64,000 nt of DNA from Chiloscyllium plagiosum (taxonomy: Eukaryota), in contig NC_057718.1 of NCBI RefSeq assembly GCF_004010195.1, positions 25,800,670 to 25,864,669 of the forward strand. The letters are read 5' to 3'. The notes under the pieces were generated by a model. The model saw only the letters and a program-made list of their open reading frames with translations. It was not told the origin of the DNA and searched no databases. Shown piece by piece: positions 63,080 to 64,000 of the stretch (its first letter is position 1; each line of letters starts with the position of its first letter). A program made the translations under genes and the position numbers.

Positions 63080-64000
63080 GTAATCTAAGATGGGCATCTC
63101 AGTGTGTTGGACAGCAAGATATCCTCCTCTCTGGATGGATTCCTACTGCCAAGCATTGCAAATGAGCAGATTAATATGGCAGTGCTGATAGCCCTGAGGC
63201 TCAGGCTGAAGAACTAACATGCATAGTATGCACAGCAAGACATGGCATGGGTACTGTAAGTATATAGGTTGATGCTAAGTGAGCAAGCCCAAGTATACCA
63301 TGTGAGTGACCTTGAGATACAGCCTGGTTCTATCCATTAGCTGGATGTCTGTCCTTGCACCAGCCTTTCATGGCTAGTTGCCAGTGCATGTTTAAATGTA
63401 GCTCTGCACTTCCTAAGCATTCGGCAAATGGATCAGTGAGGTGCCATGAGAATCCTGAGGGACTGGCATTGATCAGATGTCAAGGTCTGTGGATGAGAGG
63501 TGTGTGCAGTTGGTGCTTGTGGATCACACCCACAATTGCTGTTATGTGTTGAGCAACCAGGAGGCTCACTGCAGCTAGTAGTCACCAGGTCCCTTCTCGG
63601 ACTTCCATGTCGAGAATTCTCAGTGTCTAGTATGCGCCAAAAGGCAAGGACAAGAAGATGCATAGTAATGAGGTGAGGTGAGCAGTTAATAAGGTCGTTG
63701 ACAATTAATAGTTTGTCCTTAATAGGCAACTTGCTGTTGCCAAGCGAGGATCTCGCCTGAACACCTGGAACTTTGTTAACAGATGCAGTGAGTTATTCCC
63801 GACTTTGAGATAGGCCTTGCTGGACTTCTTGTGTGATTCTGCCACATTTCTCAGGCTAGTCCATGTTTTCAGGACCTGATAAGATTTTACTCGGTGTTTC
63901 TGATGCAATGTATAAAATACAGCAGCCACTTTTCAGAAGGCATGTTCCTACAGTGTGATGAAGACGGCATAATCTGATTTAGTGAATGACTTCATGGTGA

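Overview
Eukaryotic, repeat-dense, apparently intronic or intergenic DNA. It is almost certainly from a cartilaginous fish (shark), because it carries several HE1-type V-SINEs, Deu-type SINEs and CR1 LINEs that share a 3' tail with the SINEs. I cannot support any intact host protein-coding gene: the ORFs I can identify are transposon fragments or off-frame by-products. The window holds CR1, L2, Rex1/Babar and RTE LINE remnants, solo LTRs with target-site duplications (TSDs), a Gypsy/Mag gag-protease remnant, a Tigger-like MITE, PIF/Harbinger transposase and Myb/SANT pseudogenes, a tRNA-Gly(TCC) pseudogene and a 382-N assembly gap. The most striking signal is a set of Penelope-like element (PLE) pieces from at least three to four families. 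They carry minimal hammerhead-ribozyme cores (CUGANGA, stem II, GAAA, UH) and repeatedly occur as fold-back (inverted) mini-insertions with 10-16 bp TSDs. These include a near-perfect 270-bp palindrome; a separate, longer PLE copy has its RT YIDD catalytic motif duplicated in frame. Several repeat-free AT-rich blocks look like candidate conserved non-coding elements or small exons, but that cannot be shown from this sequence alone. Family assignments come from recalled consensus motifs, not database searches, and boundaries of old elements are approximate.
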